Below are positions 25,625 through 40,744 of a stretch of 64,000 nt of DNA, one piece after another. The notes under the pieces are model-generated. The model worked only from the letters and a program-made list of their open reading frames with translations, was not told the DNA's origin and did no database searches. How positions within the stretch are numbered: position 1 is the first letter of the stretch; every line of letters begins with the position of its first letter. The stretch is taken from NCBI GenBank assembly GCA_964016885.1, contig OZ024745.1, forward strand, positions 27,218,001 through 27,282,000, written 5' to 3'. This stretch comes from Eledone cirrhosa. Taxonomy: Eukaryota. Made by a program: the position numbers and the translations under genes.

Positions 25625-25945
25625 CACGATGGAGTCGGCGTATAGCCTGATGCGTTATACACGGGATAATGGCTGTTCGACAAAACTCCACAAGTCAGTA
25701 ATGTTCGGATACTGGATGAGTGCATGCACAATGGTTTCATCACTCTACGCACTTCTCGGACAGCTTCGTCTGACAGCACTTGTAGGGTTTGTCTCGAACC
25801 GGCAGTGCTCCCCGGTAACACTACCAAGCCAGAGATTTCCTACCAAGCCAGAGACGTCCTCCAGAACAGACTGGTCAGTTCGTTCTCGTCGACGCCGAGA
25901 GTCTCCCTGAGAACGTCATCGTACTTGCTTGTCACCAGTCCGCTT
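25625..25945 (-). mobile_element. L1/Tx1-like LINE fragment (degenerate zinc-knuckle region)
   Basis: Minus-strand RSCPRSA*SDETIVHALIQYPNITDLWSFVEQPLSRV resembles the C-x-x-C...ET-x-x-H region. GC-rich island. Confidence 0.5.
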
Positions 25946-26419
25946 AGGTGAAATTGCTCAATTGGTACAATAGATAAATAAATAAACAAAAAGGATTTTT
26001 CTTCAAGGGCAACTAAGTATTTACTAACAATATTGTCATACCTAAATTGACTATTAATCAAGGTTACAAGGCCATAATGATAAACAAAATGTAAGTCATT
26101 GACGTAATATTTTCTTCTCCACACCGCATAAACATCGTTTTTTTTATTTCATAGTATGTTCTCTGCACCCACTAAATTAAGTACGAAAGCACTAACTTAA
26201 CTAAAACGTTTGATCCGCCATCGGTTTCGACGATGAGCGCTCAGTTGTTCGATCAACTGAAAGACCGACTCGATAATTAATCGTTTGAAAGCCCGTCAGT
26301 GTTCATGCCAACCCTTACCTATGGTCGTAAATCTGAAAGAATACGATCGTGAATGTGAAGGGTCGAAATAAGGTTCCCCCCAAGGGTCTTTGGATTTGGA
26401 GTAAAGTTACTCGTTAGTG

Positions 26420-26723
26420 TGTGTAGCTCGGAGATCAGAGAGTGGCTCCAAGTAGAGTCGCTACTTCTCAGCATCGAGAGATCAAAGTTCCGATACTACG
26501 GACATGTGGTCAGAATGTCTAAGGAAAGAATTGCTGGACAGGCAAAATTAACCGGTAGGAGACTTACAGGTTGACCCCGAGCAACATCTATGAGCCTGAC
26601 TGGTCTTGCTTGGGGCATCCAGCCGGATCAATAGGTAACGGTTGCTTTTGATAGGATCCTCTGGAAGGCGTGCTTGAAAACTCTTCCCTCAAGAAGAAGA
26701 AGAAGAAGAAGAAGAAGAAGAAG

Positions 26724-26755
<32 letters not shown>

Positions 26756-26757
26756 GA
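26420..26757 (+). mobile_element. RTE-type LINE 3' end with (AAG)n tail
   Basis: VESLLLSIERSKFRYYGHVVRMSKERIA resembles the RTE C-terminal LRWxGHVxRM motif and is followed by a long (AGA)n run. Confidence 0.7.
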
Positions 26758-27229
26758 AGGTCAAGCATTAAGGTTACCCACCTTTTTGGAATGCTCAGAC
26801 ACTTGCCCATTAACTCTAACGTAATTCCCAAATCGAATCAGCGTGACACTGTGACAAAGTGTCTGAGCTGGGTAGTGAGGTTAGCTACTGCTGGCCTACA
26901 AAATAGCTCAAATAGGTTGTGTTTATCACCTCTGTCGGCCAAACTTCCCCCATGCGTCCCCGTTGCGGCACTAGCTCCTCCAAATTGGGTTGGGCGCAAA
27001 AGCAAGAGCTCGGCGTTATAATCGATGCAGAGCTTGGATTGCATTATCCTAAAGTCTATATAGTTGCAGCTGGGCGCCGCTTATGAAACCAATCGCCCGA
27101 AGAAACTCCATTGAAATGAACTTACACCTTGAATTCCTTCGATGGAGCCGGCTCCCCTCACCCTGGGTGAACGCCGCCACACGTACAAGTAAGTAATATG
27201 TGATAAAACCGAACCTTTGAATTACAAAT

Positions 27230-27410
27230 TCTGATGATGTTTCCCCCTGTATTGCCACGTTTCCACGAGTTTAAACATAGAACTAGATTAGCGACTAGGC
27301 TTCATTCGTTTACAGTTGGAGTTCCTAAATGTTATCACAAATTCTATTCTGATAGTTTCTTCCCTCATACATCTCACTCAATGAATTCTCTATGTGTTTC
27401 TTGCTTTCAT
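27230..27410 (+). mobile_element. CR1/Jockey-group LINE C-terminal remnant
   Basis: RTRLATRLHSFTVGVPKCYHKFYSDSFFPHTSHSMNSL resembles the SFFPRT..LWNSLP motif. Confidence 0.55.
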
Positions 27411-28219
27411 CACCACTACAATAACAACAATTTGAAGACGACTGAAACGTCAGTCATCTTCTTTCTCCTTGTAATTATATTCTCAGTATCTTGTCCTTTT
27501 CCCTTCTCAGTAACCTCTTGCATTTTATTGCCTAGTTTGAGATGAGTAAATAAGTATTTATATTCAAAAGCAACACCAATCGTCACCTTCTCTCTCCTTA
27601 AATTATGTTCTCTCTGTCTTGTCCTTTGGATTGCTTGAAGTGAGTAAATTTAAAACAAATCGTGCAATCCTTCCGGGGGGCTTCTCCGCAGTTTCGATCT
27701 TTTTATTCATTTATCCATTTTTTCTTTTTACTATTTAGTTAGGGATTAAAGGACAGTGCATATAGCCCTTTTAGGGCCTCTGAGGCAGATGGCAAGGGGG
27801 GAGGCATCTTCAAACTCGAAACCTTGTTTAAATGCTTGCAACAGAGTAGACTCCGCTAAAGTCACCCAAGGGTCTGGTGATAGTGTTAAACCTGCGACAG
27901 ATAAGTCTACTACTCAAATAAGCCACAACGGATTTTGAACACAGAACATACGGGCCGTAGCAAATACAGAAAGGTATCTCATCCTGTGTTCTAACCATCT
28001 TTTTCCAATTTGTCCACCCAAATTCACTGACAAACCTCGAATCGATCAGGCTATTGTAAAAAGACACATTTGTCTCAAGATGCCACACAGTAAGAAAGGA
28101 ACCCCAAACCTCATGGCTGCAAAATGAACTTATTAACCTCTCTGCCATAGAATGAGTACAATATGCTTTCCGTAGAACTTTCCGTAGAAGCATAATGTTT
28201 GTTTTTCTTGTAAACAATT

Positions 28220-28220
28220 A

Positions 28221-28276
<56 letters not shown>

Positions 28277-30075
28277 ACGGTGGGGTGGGGGTGGTAATGA
28301 TGATATTGGTGTTGTTGAAGGTAGAGGTATTTGTGGTGGTGTTTGCGGTGGTGTTGGTGGTAGTGGCGATAGTGGTGGTGGTGGTGGTGGTGGTAGTGGT
28401 CGTGGTAGTAGTAGTAGTAGTGCGATGGTGGTGGTGGTGGTGGTGGTGGTGGTGGCGATGATGATGATGTTGTTTACCCTGCTCGAATTCTCCATAGCCT
28501 TTGCTGACGTAAGAAACATATTTTATGATATTCTCAGGTAAAAAACATTTTTTTTTGTTTTTCAACATTTTTGTTTACCACCTGTCTGGCTGAAATACCT
28601 GGAGAGAGAGAGACGGAGAGAGAGAGCGAGAGAGAGAGATAGGGAGTGACAGAGAGGGGGGGGGGGGGTAAACATGGCGCGAGAACGAAAGAAGTGTGGT
28701 GATGATGATGATGGTGGAAGTGGTAGTTGTGGTGTTGATAGTGATGGTGGTGTTGTTGGTGATGGTGGTGGTGATAATGGTGGTGGTGGTGGTGGTGGTG
28801 ATGTTGGTGGTGTTGGTGATGGTTGTTAATGTAGTATCGGTGGTGGTAGTAGTGGTGATGGTGATATTGATGGTGGGGGTGGGGGTGTTGGTGGTATTGG
28901 TGGTGTTGGTGGTGGTGGTGGTGGTGGTGATGGGGGTTATGGCGGTATTGGTGGTTATGGTGGGGATGATGGTGATATTGGTGGTGATGGTGGTGGTGGT
29001 TGTGTGAGTGGAGAAGAGAGAGAGAGGGAGAGAGAAAGCGAGAGAGAGAGAGGGGGGAGAGAGGAAGAGAGAGACTTAGTATGAAACACCATCAAGCAAT
29101 GAGATCTTAACACAGTGTGGTAAATAAGTAATATAACACCACCACCAACAACAACAACAACAAGGTTATGACGTCAGAACTGATAAAGGTGAACATTGAA
29201 GATGTTAATAATTTAGACGACTGAATGTAATAGGGTGGTGTGGTGGTGGTGGTGGGAGGGGGGGGGGGGCGATTTGGGGTAAGGCGATTATGATGGTGTT
29301 GTTGTTGGTGGTTGTGGTGATTGTGTTGTTGTTGGTAGTGGTGTTGATGGTGGTGGGGGTTATTGCGATGGTGGTGTTGGTGGTGGTGATTTTGGTGGTA
29401 GTCGTGGGAAGGTTGGGGTTGTGATAATGATGGTGGTAGTGGTGAGACTTGGTGGATTGTGGTGATGGTGTTGGTGGTGATGGTGGTGTTGGTGGTGATG
29501 GTGGTCATGGTGGCGGTGTTGGTGGTGGTTGTGTTGGTGGATTGTGGTGATGGTGTTGGTGGTGGTGGTGATGGTGGTTGTGATGGTGGTGATGGTGGCG
29601 GTGTTGGTGGTGGTTGTGTTGGTGGATTGTGGTGATGGTGGTAGTGGTGGTGGTGGTGGTGATGGAAGTGGTGGTGGTGGTGGTGGTGATGGAAGTGATG
29701 GTGGTGGTGGTGGTGATGGTGGTAGTGGTGGTTGTGGTGGTGGTAGTGGTGGTGGTGGTGGTGGTGGTGGTGGTAGTGGTGGTGGTGGTGGTGATGGAAG
29801 TGGTGGTGGTGGTGGTGGTGGTGGTGGTGGTGGTGGTGGTGGTGGTGGTGGTGGTGGTGGTGGTGATGGAAGTGATGGTGGTGGTGGTGGTGGTGGTGAT
29901 GGAAGTGATGGTGGTGGTGGTGATGGAAGTGGTGGTGGTGGTGGTAGTGGTGGTGGTGGTGGTGGTGGTGGTGGTGGTGGTGGAAGTGGTGGTGGTGGTG
30001 GTGGTGGTCATGGTCGTGGTAGTGGTGGTGGTGGTGGTGGTGATGGTGGTGGTGGAAGTGGTGGTGGTGGTGGTG
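28220..30075. repeat. Degenerate (GGT)n/(AGT)n triplet tracts interspersed with GA tracts
   Basis: Seen directly. Confidence 0.9.
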
Positions 30076-30218
30076 CTGGGAACTTCTGTTACTATCACAC
30101 AGGTTGTACGTTGTTATCGTTGTCAGTATTGTCAGTCCTGTTTATGTCAAACAAATGTCTGTTTTCAGGGTCTTAAACTGTGACTGGTTTTCTCACTATA
30201 TTGTTTGTTTTGGTGTCA

Positions 30219-30420
30219 TTGGATTGGCAGAATCGGTAGAGTGTCGGACGACATGCTTAGTGGCAGAGAGTTAGGGTTCTTTACGTCCTGGGTTCAAATT
30301 CTGCCGAGGTTAACTTTACCTTTCCTCCTTACTGAATCGATAAAATAAAGTACCAGTAACACACTGGAGTCGATTAATCGATCTTCCCTTCCCCTTCAAA
30401 TTGCTGGCCTTGTGCCTAAA
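30219..30420 (+). mobile_element. SINE family B (older variant)
   Basis: Family B consensus match. Confidence 0.7.
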
Positions 30421-31111
30421 GTATTATTATTTGTTTATCGTTATTCTTTTTTTATTTCGTTTTTGGTGTTTTCGAAAATTAATTTTAAAATTAAGATTTC
30501 GTGGGTGTCCTTCCTTTTGGGGGATTAATTGTCTCCCTATTTAACGAAGTTATATTGAAAAATGTTAATATAAGAAAAGGTTTTCAGGTGTCGGTTTACC
30601 TGAAAAGAAACAGTGTAATTATTAATAAGAAAAGTTGAAATTAATGATAGAAAGATCTGCCAGCTCTAACATCACTCCTTCATAATCAGCCTATGAACTT
30701 TTCAGCCGACCATCGTAATCTCTAAGACAGACTTTTTTCTACTTCCAGGTATTTAGATAGAAGTTCCCACGTCCAATGTTTACAAAATAATAATAAAAAT
30801 AATACTCATCTAATTAAACTTCGGAAAAATGCAGTTTTCTCGAAAGACGCCCCCCCCCCCCCTCCACTAATACCAACACCACAAACACCACCGTCACCAC
30901 AAACACCACCACCATCACCACAAACACCACCACCACCATCACCACAAACACCACCGCCACCACCATCATCACCACCACCACCACCACCACCACAACCACC
31001 AGCAACACCACCACCACCATTACCACAATCATCCACCACCCTACCAATACCCTCATTAACACTATCAACCTCATCAAGTGTTATTCCCTCAACCTCATCC
31101 CAGCTGTTATT

Positions 31112-32226
31112 CCATGGCCCCTCTCTCTACATGTTAAACAGACCACTTCCCACAGTCCATACTTACCTTTCTCACTTCAATGGCCCCTCTCTCTACATGT
31201 TAAACAGACCACTTCCCACAGACCATACTTACCTTTCTCACTTCCATGGCCCCTCTCTCTACATGTTAAACAGACCACTTCTCACAGACCTTACTTACCT
31301 TTCTCACTTCCATGGCCCCTCTCTCTACATGTTAAACAGACCACTTCCCACAGACCTTACTTACCTTTCTCACTTCCATGGCCCCTCTCTCTACATGTTA
31401 AACAGACCACTTCCCACAGACCATACTTACCTTTCTCACTTCATGGCCCCTCTCTCTACATGTTAAACAGACCACTTCCCACAGACCATACTTACCTTTC
31501 TCACTTCCATGGCCCCTCTCTCTACATGTTAAACAGACCACTTCCCACAGGCCATACTTACTTTTCTCACTTCATGGCCCCTCTCTCTACATGTTAAACA
31601 GACCACTTCCCACAGACCATACTTACCTTTCTCACTTCCATGGCCCCTCTCTGTACATGTTAAACAGACCACTTCCCACAGACCATACTTACCTTTCTCA
31701 CTTCCATGGCCCCTCTCTCTACATGTTAAACAGACCACTTCCCACAGACCATACTTACCTTTCTCACTTCCATGGCCCCTCTCTGTACATGTTAAATAGA
31801 CCACTTCCCGCAGACCATACTTACCTTTCTCACTTCCATGGCCCCTCTCTCTACATGTTAAACAGACCACTTCCCACAGGCCATACTTACTTTTCTCACT
31901 TCATGGCCCCTCTCTCTACATGTTAAACAGACCACTTCCCACAGGCCATACTTACTTTTCTCACTTCATGGCCCCTCTCTCTACATGTTAAACAGACCAC
32001 TTCCCACAGTCCATACTTACCTTTCTCACTTCCATGGCCCCTCTCTCTACATGTTAAACAGACCACTTCCCACAGGCCATACTTACTTTTCTCACTTCAT
32101 GGCCCCTCTCTCTACATGTTAAACAGACCACTTCCCACAGACCATACTTTCCTTTTTCACTTCATGGCCCCTCTCTCTACATGTTAAACAGACCACTTTC
32201 CACAGGCCATACTTACTTTTCTCACT
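31112..32226. repeat. 66-bp minisatellite, about 17 copies
   Basis: Unit catggcccctctctctacatgttaaacagaccacttcccacagaccatacttacctttctcacttc, with some 65-bp variants. Confidence 0.95.
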
Positions 32227-32242
32227 CACACTTGCAAAATGC

Positions 32243-32456
32243 AAGGGTCCACTGAAACGCCCATAAGCTAAAAAGTTCATAGGCTGACCAAGATACTCTC
32301 ATGGAATGACCAAATGATGTTTATTTTTCAACATAGTCACTGGAAAGAAACAATGTAGTTATAAATAAAGAAGAGTTGAAATTAATGCATGCAAGATTCC
32401 ACAGCTCTAGCACCACCCCTTTTAGTTAGCCTATAAACTTTCATATAGACCCCTAT
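32243..32456. mobile_element. Mariner-derived MITE (relatives at ~30600-30718 and ~41561-41740)
   Basis: Family terminus TA|CGAGGGTCGGCTGAAAAGTTCATAGGCTGA, best seen at 41561 and reverse-complemented at 30686-30718. It resembles Hsmar2/irritans-type TIRs. Internal sequence is shared among the copies. Confidence 0.65.
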
Positions 32457-32857
32457 GTTAGTGTCACCTCTAATTACTTCCGTCTCACCAGACAAGTTTG
32501 CATATTATGCAAATGAGCATCGCTAGCCACTGTTTTACACGGAAAAACTTGCTCGTGAAATTGATATCTAAGTGACTGAGCATTCCACAAACACGTGTAC
32601 ACATAACGTAGTTCGCAGGGAGATCGTGACACAGACTGGCATTTGAAGTACAGATACAACTCATTTTTGCCAGCTGAATGCCAGCAACGAGAAATGAAGT
32701 ATCTTGCTCAAGGACAAAACGCACGTTGGCAGGTAACTCATCTAACCTTATGATCGTGACTCTAACACTCTAAACACTAACTCACCTACCTTTATTGTGT
32801 ATATAATACTGACGATTATATCACGCTCAGTACTTGTTTAAAACTAAGTAGGTGTAC

Positions 32858-35800
32858 ACCACCAACAACACTACCACTACCACCATCACCACCACCACCA
32901 CCAACACTACCACTACCACCATCACCACCACCACCAACAACACTACCACTACCACCATCACCACCACCACCAACAACACTACCACTACCACCATCACCAC
33001 CACCACCAACAACACTACCACTACCACCATCACCACCACCAACAACAACACTACCACTACCACCATCACCACCACCACCAACAACACTACCACTACCACC
33101 ATCACCACCACCACCAACAACACTACCACTACCACCATCACCACCACCACCAACAACACTACCACTACCACCATCACCACCATCACCAACACTAACACCA
33201 CCACTACCACTACCACCATCACCAACAGGGTCGCTACTACCACCACCAACACTAACACCACTACTACCACTACCACCACCAACACCACCACCACTACCAC
33301 TACCACCATCACCAACAGGGTCGCTACTACCACCACCAACACTAACACCACTACTACCACTACCACCACCAACACCACCACCACTACCACTACCACCATC
33401 ACCAACAGGGTCGCTACTACCACCACCAACACTAACACCACTACTACCACCATCACCACCACCACCAACACTAACACCGTCGCTACTACCATCACCGACA
33501 CTAGCACCACTACTACCACTACCACCACCACCACCATCACCAACACTAACACCACCACTACCACCACCACCAACACTAACACCGTCGCTACTACCACCAC
33601 CAACACTAACACCACTACTACCACCATCACCACCACCACCAACACCAACACCACCACCAACACTAACACCACCACTACCACCATCACCACCACCACCAAC
33701 ACCACCACCACCACCAACACTAACACCACCACTACCACCATCACCACCACCACCAACACCACCACCACCACCAACACTAACACCACCACTACCACCATCA
33801 CCACCACCACCAACACCACCACCACCACCAACACTAACACCACCACTACCACCACCACCAACACTAACACCGTCGCTACTACCACCACCAACACTAACAC
33901 CACTACTACCACCATCACCACCACCACCAACACCAACACCACCACCAACACTAACACCACCACTACCACCATCACCACCACCACCAACACCACCACCACC
34001 ACCAACACTAACACCACCACTACCACCATCACCACCACCACCAACACCACCACCACCACCAACACTAACACCACCACTACCACCATCACCACCACCACCA
34101 ACACCACCACCACCACCAACACTAACACCACTACTACCACCATCACCACCACCACCAACACCAACACCACCACCAACACTAACACCACCACTACCACCAT
34201 CACCACCACCACCAACACCACCACCACCACCAACACTAACACCACCACTACCACCATCACCACCACCACCAACACCACCACCACCACCAACACTAACACC
34301 ACCACTACCACCATCACCACCACCACCAACACCACCACCACCACCAACACTAACACCACCACTACCACCATCACCACCACCACCAACACCACCACCACCA
34401 CCAACACTAACACCACCACTACCACCACCACCAACACTAACACCGTCGCTACTACCACCACCAACACTAACACCACTACTACCACCATCACCACCACCAC
34501 CAACACCAACACCACCACCAACACTAACACCACCACTACCACCATCACCACCACCACCAACACCACCACCACCACCAACACTAACACCACCACTACCACC
34601 ATCACCACCACCACCAACACCACCACCACCACCAACACTAACACCACCACTACCACCATCACCACCACCACCAACACCACCACCACCACCAACACTAACA
34701 CCACTACTACCACCATCACCACCACCACCAACACCAACACCACCACCAACACTAACACCACCACTACCACCATCACCACCACCACCAACACCACCACCAC
34801 CACCAACACTAACACCACCACTACCACCATCACCACCACCACCAACACCACCACCACCACCAACACTAACACCACCACTACCACCATCACCACCACCACC
34901 AACACCACCACCACCACCAACACTAACACCACCACTACCACCACCACCAACACTAACACCGTCGCTACTACCACCACCAACACTAACACCACTACTACCA
35001 CCATCACCACCACCACCAACACCAACACCACCACCAACACTAACACCACCACTACCACCATCACCACCACCACCAACACCACCACCACCACCAACACTAA
35101 CACCACCACTACCACCATCACCACCACCACCAACACCACCACCACCACCAACACTAACACCACCACTACCACCATCACCACCACCACCAACACCACCACC
35201 ACCACCAACACTAACACCACCACTACCACCATCACCACCACCACTAACACCGTCGCTACTACCATCACCGACACTAGCACCACTACTACCACTACCACCA
35301 CCACCACCATCACCAACACTAACACCACCACTACCACCACCACCACCACTAACACCGTCGCTACTACCATCACCGACACTAGCACCACTACTACCACTAC
35401 CACCACCACTAACACCGTCGCTACTACCATCACCGACACTAGCACCACTACTACCACTACCACCACCACCACCATCACCAACACTAACACCACCACTACC
35501 ACCACCACCAACACTAACACCGTCGCTACTACCACCACCACCACTAACACCACTACTACCAACACCACCACCAACACTAACACTACCACTACCACTACTA
35601 CCACCACCAACACTAACACCGTCGCTACTACCATCACCAACACTAGCACCACTACCACTACCACCACCACCACCAACACTAACACCGCCGCTACTAGCAT
35701 CACCAACACTACCACTACCACCATCACCACCACCACCAACAACACTACCACTACCACCATCACCACCACCACCAACAACACTACCACTACCACCATCACC

Positions 35801-38207
35801 ACCACCACCAACAACACTACCACTACCACCATCACCACCATCACCAACACTAACACCACCACTACCACTACCACCATCACCAACAGGGTCGCTACTACCA
35901 CCACCAACACTAACACCACTACTACCACTACCACCACCAACACCACCACCACTACCACTACCACCATCACCAACAGGGTCGCTACTACCACCACCAACAC
36001 TAACACCACTACTACCACCATCACCACCACCACCACCACTAACACCGTCGCTACTACCATCACCGACACTAGCACCACTACTACCACTACCACCACCACC
36101 ACCATCACCAACACTAACACCACCACCAACACTAACACCACCACTACCACCACCACCAACACTAACACCGTCGCTACTACCACCACCAACACTAACACCA
36201 CTACTACCACCATCACCACCACCACCAACACCAACACCACCACCAACACTAACACCACCACTACCACCATCACCACCACCACCACCACTAACACCGTCGC
36301 TACTACCATCACCGACACTAGCACCACTACTACCACTACCACCACCACCACCATCACCAACACTAACACCACCACCAACACTAACACCACCACTACCACT
36401 ACCACCATCACCAACAGGGTCGCTACTACCACCACCAACACTAACACCACTACTACCACCATCACCACCACCACCAACACCAACACCACCACCAACACTA
36501 ACACCACCACTACCACCATCACCACCACCACCAACACCACCACCACCACCAACACTAACACCACCACTACCACCATCACCACCACCACCAACACCACCAC
36601 CACCACCAACACCACCACCACCACTACCACCACCACCAACACTAACACCGTCGCTACTACCACCACCAACACTAACACCACTACTACCACCATCACCACC
36701 ACCACCAACACCAACACCACCACCAACACTAACACCACCACTACCACCACCACCAACACTAACACCACCACTACCACCATCACCACCACCACCAACACCA
36801 CCACCACCACCAACACTAACACCACCACTACCACCATCACCACCACCACCAACACCACCACCACCACCAACACTAACACCACCACTACCACCATCACCAC
36901 CACCACCAACACCACCACCACCACCAACACTAACACCACCACTACCACCATCACCACCACCACCACCACCACCACCACCACCAACACTAACACCACCACT
37001 ACCACCATCACCACCACCACTAACACCGTCGCTACTACCATCACCAACACTAACACCACTACTACCACCATCACCACCACCACCAACACCAACACTAACA
37101 CCACCACTACCACCACCACCACCACTAACACCGTCGCTACTACCATCACCGACACTAGCACCACTACTACCACTACCACCACCACCAACACTAACACCGT
37201 CGCTACTACCATCACCGACACTAGCACCACTACTGCCACTACCACCACCACCACCATCACCAACACTAACACCACCACTACCACCACCACCAACACTAAC
37301 ACCGTCGCTACTACCACCACCACCACTAACACCACTACTACCAACACCACCACCAACACTAACACTACCACTACCACTACTACCACCACCAACACTAACA
37401 CCGTCGCTACTACCATCACCAACACTAGCACCACTACCACTACCACCACCACCACCACCACCAACACTAACACCGCCGCTACTAGCATCACCAACACTAC
37501 CACTACCACCACCAACACCACCACCAACACTAACACCGCCGCTACTAGCATCACCAACACTACCACTACCACCACCAACACCACCACCAACACTAACACC
37601 GTCGCTACTACCACCACCACCACTAACACCACTACTACCAACACCACCACCAACACTAACACCGTCGCTACTACCACCACCACCACTAACACCACTACTA
37701 CCAACACCACCACCAACACTAACACCGTCGCTACTACCACCACCACCACTAACACCACTACTACCAACACCACCACTAACACCACTACTACCAACACCAC
37801 CACCAACACTAACACCGTCGCTACTACCACCACCACCACTAACACCACTACTACCAACACCACCACCAACACTAACACCACTACTACCAACACCACCACC
37901 AACACTAACACCGTCGCTACTACCACCACCACCACTAACACCACTACTACCAACACCACCACCAACACTAACACCGTCGCTACTACCACCACCACCACTA
38001 ACACCACTACTACCAACACCACCACCAACACTAACACCACTACTACCAACACCACCACCAACACTAACACCGTCGCTACTACCACCACCACCACTAACAC
38101 CACTACTACCAACACCATCACCAACACTACCACCAGCACTACCACCAGGAACAATACCATCACCACGACTATTACCACCGACACCGACAATAACACACCA
38201 CCACCGT
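32858..38207. repeat. 5.3-kb ACC-based triplet satellite with higher-order blocks
   Basis: ACC/ACT/AAC/ATC triplets with recurrent GTCGCT and AGGGTC markers. Confidence 0.93.
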
Positions 38208-38232
38208 GATCTCTATTAACGCTGCAAAAGTC

Positions 38233-38271
<39 letters not shown>

Positions 38272-39156
38272 TGAGAGGGAGCAGTAGCGAGAAGGAAGGA
38301 GAGAGAGAGAGAGAGGGGGTAAATGTCACAGTGACAAGATACGTGTACTTTATATCAGTTCAACATTTAGTGGGGAATAGGTTTTTGTTTCGACGAAGTT
38401 GTTTATACAAAAATAAAACACAATAAGAGGGAAGAAAAAGAAGGAAACAAAAAAAAAAGAAAAGGAAAAAGAGAAAAAAGAATTAAATAAGGGAAGAAAG
38501 GGAGAGTGGGGAGGACAGACACTACACCAGGGTAGTGCCTCAGTCGCGCCGCGCGGACAAAATGGCAAAGGTATTATTACTAGTGCCTATTTACCATTGT
38601 GCTTAGTTGTGCTTAAGTACAAGGCCCTGTTGGTTAGGGAGGGGGACATCTTCCTGCTCCAAAACATTTTTTACCTCTTTCAGGGCCTAAGAGGAGGCCT
38701 CATAACTTATCTAGCACAGGGCCTTATTTGTCTTAAATCCGGCTCTGATTACCGCAGAGAATGGCCAGAGACACCCGCTGCAACGCCACCGCACCTAAAG
38801 GGGCTCTCTCCTCAAGTGGGCGATAGTCGTTCCGATTTTACGGAGGAAATTAGTAGTATGGGCACCAAGGACACCAGATGATTCAACGGAGACCGCTACA
38901 AAGCGAAAGCAGTCGGTCAGGCCTCGGTATTTAACTATCTACCACTACTCTGCATTGCGGGCAGCGGAGCCTGAGTTTGAGGCGGAGAACGAGTCGCAGC
39001 ACGTCGCTTCACAAATTAGGGATTTGCCTCCATCGAAAGTGAAGAGGGTTAATCCGTCGGGTTGCTTGCCACGGTCGAGGACAGCCAGCTCCAATTTCGA
39101 CGGGAAACCGGCTGCCTCGAGGCTCGATGATGTCGTTGAGAGCTGTTTTTAACTTT

Positions 39157-39198
<42 letters not shown>

Positions 39199-39203
<5 letters not shown>

Positions 39204-39382
39204 GTTTCTACTTTTGGCACAAGGCCAGCAATTACTCAGTGCATTACTGGTACTTTATTTTATCGACTTCGTAAGGATGAAAGGCAAAGTTAACCTGGCG
39301 GGATTTGAACTCAGATCCTAAAGGGACGTAACTCTATGCTGCAAAACATGGTGTCCGACTCTCTACTGATACTGTCAATCCA
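39199..39382 (-). mobile_element. SINE family B
   Basis: Family B consensus match. Confidence 0.8.
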
Positions 39383-39420
39383 ATATTAATAAATGGAAAT
39401 TATCTTTATAAAACCATATT

Positions 39421-39482
39421 TATTTTATTATATATATTTCAAGGGTACCAACATTTTTGGTACGCCCTCATCAGATAAAATA
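39421..39482 (-). ncRNA. Type I hammerhead ribozyme, canonical core
   Basis: Minus strand: tattttat-CTGATGA-gggcGTACCAA aaatg TTGGTACcctt-GAAA T ATAT ATA-ataaaata. Stem I 8 bp. Same family as 15843-15903. Confidence 0.75.
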
Positions 39483-39635
39483 CAAAAGTTGTTTTATAGA
39501 TAGTGACATATCCAAAAACAAGAACTTATCGTTTTAAGTTCTGTTTGATATTATACTCCAGAAGAATCTTGTAGAGTGCTTTGAATCTGTTATAAATAAA
39601 TTTGTTGAATAACCAACAAATTAAATAACTCTTTG

Positions 39636-39733
<98 letters not shown>

Positions 39734-39985
39734 ACATTCATGTATATACTTACATACAAAACGTGTGTGTGTGTGTGTTGAACACTGAAAATAAAGCAAA
39801 CGTCGAAGATAGGTTCTTAATCAGTTCATTGTTTTACGATTGTTTCAGAGGGTTAATTTATCATGCAAGATCGATATATTGACTAACAGCTAGCAGTTAT
39901 GTCACTGCCTGTTTCTAGTCTCAAAATCCCTGACCCATCACACCGTCTTCCTCAGATTGCTTCAGAGGAAGACAATTTAATAAAG

Positions 39986-40407
39986 AAATGTGTTATTCAC
40001 GACTAGAGCACATTTGATCATATATCTGCCTTGTCAATAACATGTACACAGTCTGATGACGTCATACTACTTCATACCATTCATTTCCCATACATAACTT
40101 GTTGTTTGTTGGTAAACACCTCGTGTTTGGGCGATGTATCAACTATATGACCTATCACCCACTCTATAGCCCCACACATTGTGTGTGTGTGTGTGTGTGT
40201 GTATGTATAAACTTAAAAGAAGGAGAAATGTGTGGGACTGTAGAGTAGGTATTAGGTTATATGGTTGATACATCGCCGAAAAACTAAATTTTTACCAACA
40301 AACAAGTTAAGTATGAGTATTAATGGTATGACGTCATCAGACTGTGTACACGTTGTTGACAAGGCAGACATATGATCAAATGTACTCTAGTCGTGAATAA
40401 CACATTT
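39986..40407. repeat. Long diverged inverted repeat, ~190-bp arms (fold-back element)
   Basis: aaatgtgttattcacgactagag... at 39986 versus ...ctctagtcgtgaataacacattt at 40407. The spacer contains (TG)n. Confidence 0.85.
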
Positions 40408-40548
40408 TTTTAAATTATGAGTGTTCTTTCTGTTTATATATAAGGAAAGTTGGGTGTGAATCTGTGGCTGTTATTTCTTGCAGGCTGGCCAACCACCGAG
40501 GTGCTATCCTCTTAGCACACTGTGTAAATCACCTTGAGAATTACATTA

Positions 40549-40744
40549 CAGACCTGTCAGCTCTCCCCGTCCGACGGGGAGATCTCCCACCCACTTTTGG
40601 GGTGGGTGAGAAATGTCTTCTCTTGTGAAAATGTGTATAGCTTTCATTTATGTAAAATCTCCCCATTTTACCTCATTTCTCCCCGTTTTGGGGTACTTTT
40701 TTCATGGTACTCCTCGTTTGGGGTTTTAGAGGTTGGCAGGTCTG
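40549..40744. mobile_element. MITE of the 6-bp-TSD family
   Basis: CAGACCTGTCAG...GTTGGCAGGTCTG, flanks ACATTA/ACATTG. Confidence 0.78.

Noticed and set aside
28665-28690. YY1/initiation-like AAACATGGCG (similar motifs at ~25075 and ~38558)
   Set aside because: Short motifs with no supportable downstream exon or ORF.
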